From NCBI GenBank assembly GCA_964270895.1, contig OZ185435.1: DNA of 64,000 nt; one strand, 5' to 3'. Positions 23,926 to 36,086 of the stretch are shown here, piece by piece (within the stretch, counting starts at the first letter, position 1; each line of letters starts with the position of its first letter). The stretch is from Podarcis filfolensis. Lineage: Eukaryota. The translations under genes and the position numbers were made by a program. The notes beneath the pieces were generated by a model, which was not told where the DNA came from, made no database searches, and worked only from the letters and a program-made list of their open reading frames with translations.

Positions 23926-25870
23926 AAATGCATTTTGTTAGTTTTGGCCCAGTCTTCTCCAATCTGTTAAAGTCATCTTGAATCCCAATTCTGTCTTCTG
24001 TAGCATTAGCTATCCTTCCTGGTCTGGTGTCACTGGGTGAGCATCCCCTCAATTCCTTCATCCAAGTCATTTATAAAGACAATGGGCCCAGGACAGAACC
24101 CTGCAGCACCCCACCTTTCACTTTTTTTCCAGCATGATGAGGAACCATTAACGAGTATTCTTTGGGTTCAGTAAGTCAACCAGCTACAAATCCACTTAAC
24201 AGTTATCTCATCCAGCCCACATTTTACCAGCTTCCTCTCAAAAACATCATGAGGGACTTCATCAAAAGCCTTACTGAAATCAAGATACACTATGTCCACA
24301 GCATTGCCCTGATCCAGCAAGCCTGTAAGTCCATAAAAAAAAAAAATTGAGATTGGTCTGGCGTGACATATTTTTGAGAAACCCATGCTGGGTCTTAGTA
24401 ATCACAGCATCCTTTTATAAGTGCTCATAGATTGACTGTTGAATTATCTGCTCTAGGACCCTTCCTGGTATTGATGTTATGCTCACCAGTCAGTAGTTAC
24501 CTGGGTCTTCTTTTTCTCTTTTTGAAAATAGGGACATTTGACCACCTCCTCACCTAATCGCCAAGAATTCTCAAAGATCACAAAGGCTGAGATTACACCT
24601 GCAAGCTCCTTTAGTACCCTTGGGTGCAGCTCATCAGGCCCTGGAAATCTGAATTCATTTAAAGTAGCTAAATGTCCCCTTACTACCTCCTTTCCTTTCA
24701 TGAGCTACAACTCCTTTTTTGCATCATTTCTTTTGTCACTAGGTTGGTCATTGCGTTCCTTTTGTGTGAAGACAGAGAAAAAGTATATGGTAAGCAGTTC
24801 TGCCTTCTCTCTGTCACCCAAGAGCATTGCTCTGTCTTCTCCATGCAAATGACCTACCACTTGTTTGTTCTTCCTCTTCCTTCGAGCATAGCTGAATAAA
24901 CCTTTATTTTTTTAACCTCTCTTGCAAGCCTGAGCTCATACTGAGCTTTAGCCCACCTGACATTCACCCTACATCTATTGGCTACTTGTGTATACTCCTC
25001 CTTTGTGATTTCTCCATTCTTCTATTTCTTATACATTCCCTTGTTAACTCTCAGTTCATCTGTAAGCTCCTTATGTAGCCACACCGGTTTCCTTAGCTGA
25101 AATAATATTTTATTAATTTACATCAAAAACAATAAACAAATTAGTTCACATCATTTGTTTCACAACTTACTCTTTTTCTAGACTTCCTTCAGTTTTTCCG
25201 TAAATCATTCGTAGCTATCATTTAAGTTACACATTTCTTAGTTTTATATTGACATTCTTTATATCTTTCAATTTATTCGCTTTAGACAATATTTCTTAAT
25301 TTTTCACAGTGCTTCTTTAAATCCCCTTAGCGTTATCTGACCACTACTTATACTTTCCAGATATTCCACAAATTTCCCCCAGTCCTCGATGAAATTTTGG
25401 TCTCTTAAATATCTGATCTTTCCTGTCAATTTATCCAACTCAGCATAATCTAACAATTTTATTCTCCATTCTTCTACAGTCGGTAATTCCTGCTGTTTCC
25501 ACCTCTGAGCCACCAACACTCTTGCCGCCATCACCGCATATTGAAAAAAATTATCTTTTCTTTTAATCTCATTTCCTAATATTCCTAATAAGAAAACTTC
25601 TGGTTTCTTTTTAAATGTGTATTTTAAAACCTTCTTAAGTTCATTATATATTTTTTCCCAGAAGTCTTTCACTTTTCCACATTCCCACCACATATGGTAA
25701 TTCCACACCGGTTTCCTTAGATGCCTCCCGCTTTTCTTTCTTGTTGGAAATGTCTGCATTTGGACCTTCAAAATTTCATCTTAAGGAAACTCCCATCAGT
25801 CTTGGACTCCCTTCTCTCTGAGTATTTCTGACCATGGGATCTTACTCAGTAGTTGTTCCTGATGTTTCAT
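23926..25870 (-). mobile_element. Degenerate CR1 LINE ORF2 segment interrupted by an L1
   Basis: Minus-strand CR1 peptides: ILKVQMQTFPTRKKSGRHLRKPVW, LNEFRFPGPDELHPRVLKELA, VDIVYLDFSKAFDEVPHD...KWICSWL, DRIGIQDDFNRLEK. Internal deletions and frameshifts. Confidence 0.85.
25097..25702 (-). mobile_element. 5'-truncated L1 of a second subfamily inserted in CR1
   Basis: HMWWECGKVKDFWEKIYNELKK...KPEVFLLG...WKQQELPTVEEW...EDWGKFVEYL is an L1 ORF2 C-terminus. Perfect 18-bp TSD CCACACCGGTTTCCTTAG at 25079-25096 and 25703-25720. Confidence 0.92.
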
Positions 25871-26399
25871 TGGAGTATTGTATGAAATTTGCAGCAGAGT
25901 AAGCACTATATGCCTGGATGCCCCTTGCAGGACTCCTGAGTTCACAAATATTTTGTCACAAAACCTTGGTATCTCACTGCTTGAAACTTTGGGGTCTTTT
26001 CCCCCTGTGATCCTTGTTCTTTCTTAATTCAGGTTATCCAGAGATGCATGCTGCATCCATTGAGAAACGGATATGACTATGCAAACGCTAAAACTATTCC
26101 ACACTTGCACGAGGCGCTATTAGTGCTTCTACAAAGGCAAGAGATGTCACTTTTGTTCTTAGCTCCACGATTACAGGGTGGAGAACAAAGAAGCCACCTA
26201 ACATTCTTACTAAGAGGATTTCACCAAAGCCTAAAGTTGTCACAACCTATTAAGGCAAATGAAGCCTGGCATTTCACAAAAGGCAGAAACGCTTTAATTT
26301 GATTGTGAGAGATAGAATTCCTCATCTCCATGGTTTCTATTTCAGCCTAATCCTACTCAAATGACATAAGCACTTTCATACTGGTGATTATTTCTAAAT

Positions 26400-27250
26400 C
26401 TCTGCTCTTGACAGGGGAAACATGACATTATCTCCCCACAGAGGAGTTAGGGCAGATTTTGTGCCTGAAAGGTAGTCAGACGGGGCGGGTGGGGGGTCCT
26501 TGGCGAGGCAAGAGGCCGCCAGCAGCCGGCGCTTTCTGGGTTCCGGAGCGGGCACGACCCGCAGGGCAGGTCTCCAAACAGCACCATCTGAGGCCGCTGC
26601 ACCCGACTCTTGGGTGGAGACAAGGAGAGGAGTCCTGGGGCAGCCAAAACAAGCCGGACCAAGCGCCAAAAGCTCCTGCAGGCTTGGAAGGAAGCAGGCA
26701 GAATGTCTTCCTTTCTTTCCCGGGCTTCCGCGGGAGCCTGTCATGGCTGCGGCGATCGGCGAGGGGGGAGCGCGGCCTTCCTCTCCTCGCCTCCCCACGA
26801 GCTCCTCGGCGGGGCGCGGGCCCTGGGGGCCGCAGCCTTGCTTGTTCGGGGCCCGGGCCCTCCTCGACTTCTGTGGGATAACTCTGAGGAGGGACCCGCC
26901 AAGGGCGAGGGACACCCGCCGCCCCCTTCCCGCCCTTTCCAGCGCCTCAGGCGAAACGAAGAAAAGGGCGGGAAACTTCGGACGCGGCAGCGCGAGAGCC
27001 GCTTCTGGGCTTCCCTCGGCGTTGGCTGCTCCGCCTGCCTGTCAACATGTGGCCCCTCCTTGCGCCACTGCCTGCCCAGTCAGACGCCTCTCTGAGCTGC
27101 CAGTCGGTCGTGGCGGGAGGAGGCGGTGGGAAGAGCGTCCGCCTCCCGGGGAGCAAAGGGCCTGGAAGTGCCGCCTTCGCCTGGGGTTGAAATCTCTCCC
27201 TCCGCTCGCTTTCCATTCGGCTCCCTTGGCATTTCTCAAAAGGGGGGCCA
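26400..27250. promoter_or_regulatory. Orphan CpG island
   Basis: Dense CpG and high GC in otherwise CpG-poor DNA. GGCGGGAAA (E2F) 26967-26975, GGGGCGGG GC box near 26482, GGAAGTG ETS core near 27164. No recognisable coding exon. Confidence 0.65.
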
Positions 27251-29508
27251 TTTCGCCTTCAGTGAGAAGTTTGTGGGGATGCTCAGTGAAATTCTTCTTA
27301 GTTTAATTGCTTTGCAATGGCTTTGGCCACATAAATAAGCAATAGGCAGAAATAAATCCTTTATTCTGGAGGTTCATTCTTATCTCATAGGAAGTGCTTG
27401 TGAGGCATTTGCAATGGCTCCGTCCCCGTGTGGGTCTGGGAGGAGAGGCTTCCTTGGGGCACGGCCGGATCACACGTCTTCCGCAGCCAACATGGCCTGG
27501 GGAATTTGGCTCTCCACCAGCTGCCTGCCCTGCTTGTGCCCTTTCTGGCAATTCCAATGCAACTCAGTCCTTGCGAGGAAGCAAAGGCCATGGTCCTGCC
27601 TGGATTGTGGCCAGAGATCCTTCTGGGCACCGGGCCGTGGCTCTGGCTTTCAGTACACACCAGAGGAGCACTCCTTGAATAGGCCTCCAATAATGGCATC
27701 TTAATTCAGGGGGAATCCATACGTTTAAAAAATCACTGGATGAGATTTCTTTTAAATACCCTGCTTCTGTGATAGGGACACACAGAATTCAAGCTGAGAA
27801 CACAAATTCAGTGCCTAATAATATAGGCATGTTGCATCTGAGTTTATCAAAGAAATGTAAGCAAGAATAGACACTGAACTTACAGTACCGTCTCATGCAT
27901 CTCTACTAAGAGCCAGTCTCACTGAGTTCAGTGGGGCTTACTCCCAGGTGAAGTGTGTAGCATTTCTGCCTCAAGCCTGGCAGTAAACAAACTGCATCTT
28001 CTTCTCAAAGTCCCCAAGGGGATTCCTAAGACTACTGCATTCAGGCCTTCTAGGCTTTGCGCTACAAAATCCCACTTCACATAAGCATAACAATGCTGGT
28101 GGAATGAATAGTGCCATCTGAGAATGCATTCATTTTTGGTACACAAAATCAAAGTTTAGTACAATGTAGTTATACTCAGGGTATCTGAGCTTTGATCTAT
28201 GTGAACTAAAGTTTGTTACCTCATCCTGCCCCCAATTTCAGTGCAGTGTTTGTAAGTTTAAGCTCAGAATTTATGAACTCAAGGGGAGACAATTTGGAAA
28301 TCTGTACAATTATATCTGAGCCCCATGAATCAGACTTGTAAGAGCAATTGTGTTCTTTTAAAGCATAAGAACTTTATTAACACTCTAAAAAAAGAAAGCT
28401 AAGATTTTCTGGTTTCTTGCTTAAGAAGCTAAATTGATGTCATAGATCACACAGTGATGCATTCCCAACTGCTTAAGCCTCTGGACTGATGTCATGGATC
28501 ACACTATGATATATTCACACAACTCGGCAGGTTTTAAAGCATTGACAATTTAACTGTACTCATTATCTTTTTCCTGTCAGTAGGAGATGCAGCTTGGGGT
28601 GGATTTGTAGCAGAAAAAATGGAAGCAAAATTATTAAGAAACTGCCCCCTCCACCATTGCCCACTGCTCAACTTCTGCTAGAAGTTTCAGCCAAGAAAGG
28701 AAGGAAGAAAAATAAAGAGAAAGAATAAGAGAATTGATGAAGGGAGGGAGTGGGAGAAGAATGAAACACCTGAGCATCCCATGTTGTTTGACTCCAATAG
28801 TCCAGTGGCTCTTCTGCCTCCTGCTTACCCTCTTGTATCCTTGCAGGTTCCTCTAGAGCACTTACCTTCAGCAAGGTAGAGGGCCACCTGAAACAGGTGG
28901 GGAAAGTCTACAGCAGCAGCTCCAGAGCAAATACGTATATGGAGCTGGCTTCCACAAAGCGTGAGGTCTCCTTCCTAAAGAAAGTACTAGAGGAGTGGGG
29001 GAGAAACTCATGGAGCACCGTCCACAGCACCAGAAAGAGCCTGCATGACAGCTGACGCTTAGGTCACATGGCTATGAGCAGCCAGCAGGCAGGACAAGAG
29101 CCTCCTTTATTTTATTTATTTTGCTTTACTTTACATTGTTTTGTTTTTTAATTTTATTCTGTCCTTCACCCAAAGATCACAAAGCAGTTCACAATATAGG
29201 GTGCCCTGGCCTGCTGTCTTTGGTTTTCCTTTGGGTAAGGACAGTGGCCCATCAGTTTGGTAGTCAGCATGCTCTAGCATATTCAGTGCAATTAACTTCA
29301 GCCACATAGGGCAATGAGAGACATGGGAATGATGGGGAAGCCCTATGTGCATTGGGAAAATGTGGCTTTACCCAAAACACTTGTTACATTATGCATCCCT
29401 TACTAACTCCATTCTTCCATGTCTCCTAACAAAGCAAAATAACACCTGTTTATCTGACTTTTGTGTTCAAATCTCAATGATCACACCACATTGAATATGC
29501 CCTAATTA

Positions 29509-29688
29509 CCATATTTACTTGAATCTAATGCACACCTTTTTTGGCCAAATCACGTTGTGAATATTTGGGTTTGCGTTAGACTCGATGACACATTTACATT
29601 TGCCAGCAAATACTTTTTTTGGTTTCAAGGTTCTGAAAATTGAGGTGCGCATTAGATTAAATGGCACATTAGACTCAAGTAAATACGG
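29509..29688. mobile_element. Tc1/mariner-superfamily MITE (related termini)
   Basis: TA|CCATATTTACTTGAATCTAATG...CATTAGACTCAAGTAAATACGG|TA. Confidence 0.8.
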
Positions 29689-31602
29689 TACCTTGTGCTT
29701 TGTAACCACAGTGTAACTAACATTCCCCTTTCCTGACAGTGTGAACCTGTGTGAGCAGAAGTCAGGGAGCCAGACGGAAGGGAAAGACTTCAACTCAGCT
29801 CAGACTCCGCAACCCAGAAGCAAAGCAAGGCCCAGGGCTGGTGCAGGTGCTGCAGGCTGACTGCAAGGGGCCACGTCCATTGCTGTCCAAGGTTCTGAAC
29901 TACTAAAGAGCCGTAAGCAGTAAGGTCTTGCCTGGAAGCCGGATACTTTGCTTTTAAGTGTGCTGTTTCATGCCTTAATATAGAAGCCCAATCTAGGAAC
30001 CGGGCTTCTTGCTTTGCCTGGCATCCTGTAAGTTGGGGCTGGACACACTGGTGGCACTAGGGCACTCCAACTGGGGTGCTGAGCATTACCCTGTTAGTCT
30101 TTGTGCTTTAACATGCAGTATGCAGGCTAGTCCTGTGCATTACACATAATACGTTCTGCAGGTTGGCTACGCAGCTATGTTGTGCTTCATTCTTGCTGGG
30201 TATGAGTAACGTGTGGTCACATCACCCCAAGCATTTTATTGCCTTCAGATCCAGAAAGAGCAGCTGCCCTTGGCAGAACACAACAAAGATGCTGAAATGG
30301 CTGGGCCTCTGGTTTGTGGAACAGTTTTGGGCTTGATTTGGGACTGACTCTTGAAAGAGCTAAGCAGGACTAAGTAGCTTCATGAGTGTAGCTTGACCAG
30401 CAGCCGAGATCCAGTCCTAAAGGGCCCTGCTGAGATTTCACTGACAATTCAACTTCAAACAATTCAAGAACTTGCTGCAAATATTTATTGAAGTTCATCT
30501 CAACCACCAAACACAATATATACTGGTCAGTACACAAGAGAGTGTATTTGTATTAAGGCAAGGAGTCCCCAGGAAAATAAATAATTTCACACTTAAGATC
30601 AGTATTGTCATAGTGCCTATTGAGTGCTCATAGTGTTCCTCATCCTTAGCTAAGTAATTCTTACACAACCCCCTATTACACCTGATGCATTCAATTCAAA
30701 TACTTCCATAGGATAATGTCCCACCTTTTTCTTACAAAGATTTTGCAAACCTGCAGTATTGTATAATCTTTTTTATATAGTTGAGCCATTAAGAGAGATT
30801 AAACATCCAGGTCCCACAGAGATCTCCCAGAGCAGTTTGCGTCAGAGGAAATGCCTGAATCCAAACCCCAGAAAACAGGATAAGTGAGAGACTGTCAACT
30901 TTAGGGCTTTCTGGAGTTGGAAAAAACAAACATTTCAATCAAATATCTGCTGGTAGAGAAAGAGGAGACAGAATTGCACAAGCAACATTCTTGCCTCAGC
31001 CTCCCAGTTGTTATGCCTGATAATCACTGTGTAAACAGCAGGAACTCTACAAATATTCATGCTTGCTTAAATCTTTTGGACAATTAATTGAAGGAAGGTG
31101 TGTATGTCTAAAGCCTTCAGAATTTTGTTTTTTACTGATGCAGCTCTGCAAGAAGTCACAGCCTCCAGCTGCACAGAATCTGCAGCTGCCCTCCCAACAC
31201 CCCTGAACCCTTTTTGTGAGTGCTGTCAGCCCCCCTTCTGGGAATGGCCCCAGGGGACTCCTTGTCCTGCCGCCATTAATGAACACAAAGGAGGAAGAGA
31301 GGAGTCGCTTCCAGAGCAGAAACTGGAAGTCCCTGTTAAATCCATTCTTCACAGGGAATGTGGCACAACACCCCAGATCACAGGAGTGACCAAGGCACTG
31401 ACCCCCTGTGAGCAGAGCAGGGGCAGGAGACCCCTGCTCTGAACGAGACCCTTGCAATGGCCACTGAAGGAAAAGGGATAGCAAAGAGTCCCCTGGAGAG
31501 GGATTGCTGACACGTGGCCCAGCAGGAAAGGTGGCAGCCACCATGTTGCACGACAAGTGAGAGACACCACATGGAGACACAGGCAGGCGGCGATGGCAGC
31601 CA

Positions 31603-34600
31603 TCATTGGGGGCTTGTTGGGCTGCCCTCTTCTGTGAGGGTCTTGAAATCCATGGACAGGGCCATCTCCTCAGCCAAGGGGGGCCTTTGCCACTCCTCCC
31701 GTGTCAAGATGTAGCCCACAATGGCCCCAAAAGCCACCAGCAGGAGGCCCAAGGTGTTGGCAAGGACTCCCTCCGGGGCAAAGGAGCTGTAAGTCTCCCT
31801 GAGCAAGAACAGAAAGGTTGACATTAGCACAAGCACTTTATCTCCACCCCACCCCACCCCCAATTTCTAATTCATTTAAGAAAAAGGCAGCTCAAGGCTT
31901 TGGGCAACTCGTCTGCTGACCAGACATGTTCAGAATCTCATTCTGCCTTCCAGGCCAGAGGAGGCAATGGAGATGGCACTCAGTTCCAAGCCCAGCACTG
32001 CTGCCATTTTGCAAGATGTTGATTTGAGAATATATTAGCCAAGTAAACTGCAAAAAGCTGTAATGAACACCCCTCCTAGGCAGTCATTTCTGCTCCATCC
32101 CTCACTTTGCAGCCCAGAATTCTGGATTTATCAGAAGGAAGCCGAGCAGAGACAGAGCCATCGGGTTGTAAGTTAAAACAGAAACACTTCCACAAAGTGG
32201 GGGCCACTCACTTGATGTTGAAGAGCAGCACCTCCAGGACCCCCAGCAGGGCAGTGGCGACGGAAAGGATGAGGAGGGCAGCCCCAAAGAAGACATGCTG
32301 CGGTTTGTATCTGCTGCGGAGCGAAAAGGAGGCTCCGGGGAAGAGGAAGAAGCTCCAGCCCAGCAGCCACTAAGGAGGAAGGGAGGCAGTGCCCCAAAGT
32401 CAGGAGACAGCAGCCCACCTCCCATGGAGCCCATCCCACCCCCAGAATTGACTAAACAATCAGGAGGCAAAGAGGAGCCAGCCCTCAAAGCCTGCAAACT
32501 CCCTTGCCGCCACCGCCTTTAAGTTCTGGTGAGAGGCGGGTGGTGCCCCAGGATGAGGGGCGAAAGGTCTCCCTTCCAATAATCCCAGGAAGCCATGACT
32601 GGGGGGGGGGGGCGGCACAAGGGCTGGCTCAAGGGCAATTCAGAGCGGCAGCCTCCTTCCTTGGAGGTTTTTAAGCAGAGGCTGGATGGCCCTCTGTCAT
32701 GGATGCTTTAGCTGAGTTTCCTGCATTGCAGGGGGCTGGACTACATGACCCTGGGGGGTCCCTTCCAACTCTTAAGATTTTATGTGGTGCCACTGCAAGT
32801 GACCCCCCCCCCGGAGGAAGGGGGCGCAGGAAGGGCTCCCAGCAACGCAGATCAGCTGTGCTTTGGGAAAAGATGAGGATCCTGGGAGCCAAGACCCAGC
32901 TCCCCAGGCAGACAGTGTCAAGAGCCCCGTGTTGTTTCTGCAGTGCAGATGGAGCCCTCCCAGAGATCCCCCATCCAGCGCCTGGAATCAAAGGCCCCCC
33001 TGAGAAGGATGTGGGTGGCTGCTGGAAGCTCTGAAGCTGTCAGGCTGCAGCATGCAGCAAGGATGTGGCTCAAGGGTGTCCTTCCTCTAATCGCTTGTGT
33101 CCAGACCCCTGGACAGCTCAAGCCCCCCTCCAAGGTTGCTGAGGAATCTGGGGAGCCCCAGCACCAGATGCCGTTTTAACAGGGGAATCAGCAGCCAGAG
33201 TTTCTTCCTTTCTCTTGCTCTGATTTCCTGCCCCTTGTGCATTTCTCTCTCTCTGCTCTCTGGGGCACAGACCTGCTTTGGAAGGAGGCCAGGCAGACAC
33301 CAGCCCCCTTTCTTCCTCCCGCTCTGCTTTTGCCTCACCTGCACAAAGTAGAAGCCAAAGGCCAGGATGCCACACCAGCTGTGCAGGCTGTACATGTCCG
33401 GGATGCTCTGCTTCTTGTGGAATTGGAACACGGCTATCAGACCTGGAGGGAGGAAGAGACCTCAGGTGACCCCCTGCCTTTCCCCACCATCCCAACCCTC
33501 AGGCAAAACTGCACCAGAGTGGGACCCCACTTAACATGAGGGACGAGGGATGGGGAGATGGGCAGGTCCAAATTGCCTGGGAAGAAGCACATGGGTGGAA
33601 ATGGCAGGTGGTGGAGACTGTCTGTCTGGGGGAGCCCTGCTAGTTATATCCCAATCCACATATGTGAGGAACGCAGTAAGCCACCCACGGCCTCGTCCAC
33701 CCCAGCCTTATGTTTCTATGGGAGAGGAGGCCCAAAACATGCCCGCTTCCTCCAGCTTATTGGAGAACTCAGAGGAGCTGTGGGTTGACCCTGAGACTCA
33801 GGGAAGCCTCTGACCACCCCCTTGAGCCTGGTGCCCCTCAGAGGGGCTTCTGAGAAGGCAGGCAGGAGGTTGAGGCTCAAGTAAATGGGGCAGATTATTC
33901 CAGCTGCCCCCCCCCAGGACTCACCAACCAGTGCAATGACCAGCGCCAGGGCATGGAGCAGCCCGTGGAGGATTTTGGTAGAGCGCTTGCTCTCATGCCG
34001 GAAGACCCGATATACCAGGAGGGCTGCAAGAGGAGAAGAGGGAGGGGAGAGGGGCAGTGAGGTGTGGGGCTGGCTGAGAGGGGGGCTTGGCTCTTGCTCC
34101 CCTGGCCAGGAACTGCTCCGCTCAGACCCCACAAGTAGCGTTCTTCAGTTCTGTATTTTGTACACTTATAAATTCATAAATATATTTTTAAAAACAAACA
34201 AACAAATAATTGAAAAGGTTTGAGGGTCTCTCAAAAGCCTGGGATTTGAATAACAGAGTGGAAGATAATCTAGTGGAGCATCTGCCTTAATCATGTGACC
34301 ATGTGCAGACACAGTTTGTGGACCCTTGTGGGGGGCACATCCTGCTCTGCCCCCTCTCCTAAATTGTGAATGCAGTTACAGCAGGGGGAGGGGTTTGAAA
34401 TAAGCAGCTCCCAGTTGTCTCCCTTGGAAGGCAGTTCTCAAAAGGCCCCCCTCCCACCACTTCCTTACCGTCTCCTTGGAGGAAGACCATCCCAATGACC
34501 ATGCACAGTGGGTGGGCATTGAACTGCAGCTTGGATCCATCCCAGGCAATGCCGCCTCGGTATTGGCCCATCCAGGCCCCCGTCAGGGTGATCACAGCCA

Positions 34601-34676
34601 GGCCCACCACCTGTGAAGCAGCCACGGCGTAGGTGAGGCCAGATGGACTGGCGCTCCTGGCCGGAGAATCCTCCAT
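31603..34676 (-). CDS. CYB561: Transmembrane ascorbate-dependent reductase cytochrome b561 (CYB561 or close paralogue), 5 coding exons, 254 aa
   Basis: Exons (minus): 34676-34469, 34023-33925, 33442-33339, 32369-32212, 31798-31603. All GT-AG, phases consistent, 765 nt total. Translation [18 protein letters not shown]...[23 protein letters not shown]...[24 protein letters not shown]...YSLHSWCG...YKPQHVFFG...[13 protein letters not shown]...[19 protein letters not shown] matches human CYB561 as recalled. All four heme-ligand His contexts (NAHP, ILHG, SLHSW, PQHV) are present. Confidence 0.93.
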
Positions 34677-35728
34677 GCTCTGCTCAGCAGAGCCCGGGGC
34701 TGCCAAACAAGAGGAGCACAGCTGTCAGCAGGTAGACCCAGGGAGGGCAGGGGCTGCCTCTGGAAATCTCGGGGGAACTGGAATTTGGGGGAGACCTGCA
34801 CCCCTCCTTGTCCCACTTGGCAGCGGCACCTTGGAGAAGCTGCACCCATCACCAGATCTTCTGTTAATTCCAGTGACCAAAGAAGGCCCAGAGGGTGGAC
34901 CAGTTACTCTATGAGCCAAAGGTGGCCCTCAAGATCTCGCTGGACTTCCGTGGAGCCCGTTACAATTCTTAATTATCTGTCTGCATTGTTTTAAAGTGAT
35001 ATTTTATCTCTTTTGTAAAGCTTGCTACACACTGCTCTGGAATTTTGCACGAAGGATGCTCTATGAATACTTTTCATACACTACTAAGACGCTGGGCCAG
35101 GCTGCCTGGGGTTTCTCCTTCACCATTTCGTGGCTCTATAAGGATCAGGGAGAAGAGGAAGCTGGCATGGCCCCACTTGGCCCTGGGGCAGAGAGCCCAA
35201 GCCGAAGCTGTGGGGCAAGAGTCTGAGGCTCCTCCACCTTCTGCATCTGGGAGCTACAACTCCCATCTTCCTTGGCATCATACAGCAATGTTTTGGGGTA
35301 CCTGATGGGACCTGGAGAGTTCAGAACATCTGAGCAGCCATGAAGCACCATGTTGGGGAAGGCCACTCCGGTCAAACTCCCCCCAGGAGTCCCTCACCCA
35401 AAATGCTTGTTCCCCACCTGCATCTTCAGGTCCTTCTCTGCACTTTGACCCAGCACAGCAGAAAGGTCTGCAAACATCCTCCCCTTTAAAACAAACACAA
35501 GCCCCAGGAAAACACAAAAATGCCTTCATTGGGCCACAACCAACAATGATGATGTCCTCTCTGCACTGGGAGTTCCCAATCCAAGCAAGAGCCTCTGCTC
35601 TTGGGAAAGGAAAATGCAAAGTCTGACCGCCCCCCACCGCCTGCAGGCTGCCTTCCAGCTTCTCTTCTACTGAGCCTCCACCCAAAGATAGGGCAGGATG
35701 GAGCCTAGATGTGCTTATGGGCAAAACC

Positions 35729-36086
35729 AGGACTAAACCACTGAGCCTCTTGGGCTTGCTGATCAGAAGGTCGGCAGTTCAAATCCCCGCAACGGAATGA
35801 GTTCCTGTGGCCCTTTCCCAGCTCCTGCCAACCTAGCAGTTCGAAAACATGCCAGTGCAAGTAGATAAATAGGTACCGCTGTGACGGGAAGCTAAATGGC
35901 GTTTCTGTGTGCTCTGGCTTCTGTCATGGTGTCCAATTGCACCAGAAGTGGTTTAGTCCTGCTAGCCACATGATCCGAAAAGCTGTCTATGGACAAAAAG
36001 CAGCTCCCTCGGCCTGAAAGCGAGATGAGCACCACAACCCCGTAGTCGCCTTTGACTGGACTTAATCATCCAGGGGTGCTTTACCT
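35729..36086 (+). mobile_element. Sauria SINE (slightly 5'-truncated)
   Basis: CTAAACCACTGAGCC...GATCAGAAGGTCGGCAGTTCAAATCC (tRNA-derived B box)...CTAGCAGTTCGAAAACATG...GCAAGTAGATAAATAGGTACCGCT...TTTACCTTT tail. 14-bp TSD TTATGGGCAAAACC at 35715-35728 and 36087-36100. Confidence 0.9.

Noticed and set aside
26500-27306. 268-aa ORF across the orphan CpG island
   Set aside because: Starts at a non-ATG codon, compositionally biased, no recognisable motif.
29008-29030. REST/NRSE-like GGAGCACCGTCCACAGCACC
   Set aside because: The central four bases mismatch the consensus; too weak without data.
1-31000. Search for PRAP1, CALY, FUOM, ECHS1, SYCE1 or ADAM8 exons expected from human 10q26 synteny
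   Set aside because: No convincing translated match found by eye on either strand.
35770-35795. tRNA-like B box GTTCAAATCC
   Set aside because: Part of the tRNA-derived Sauria SINE head, not a tRNA gene.
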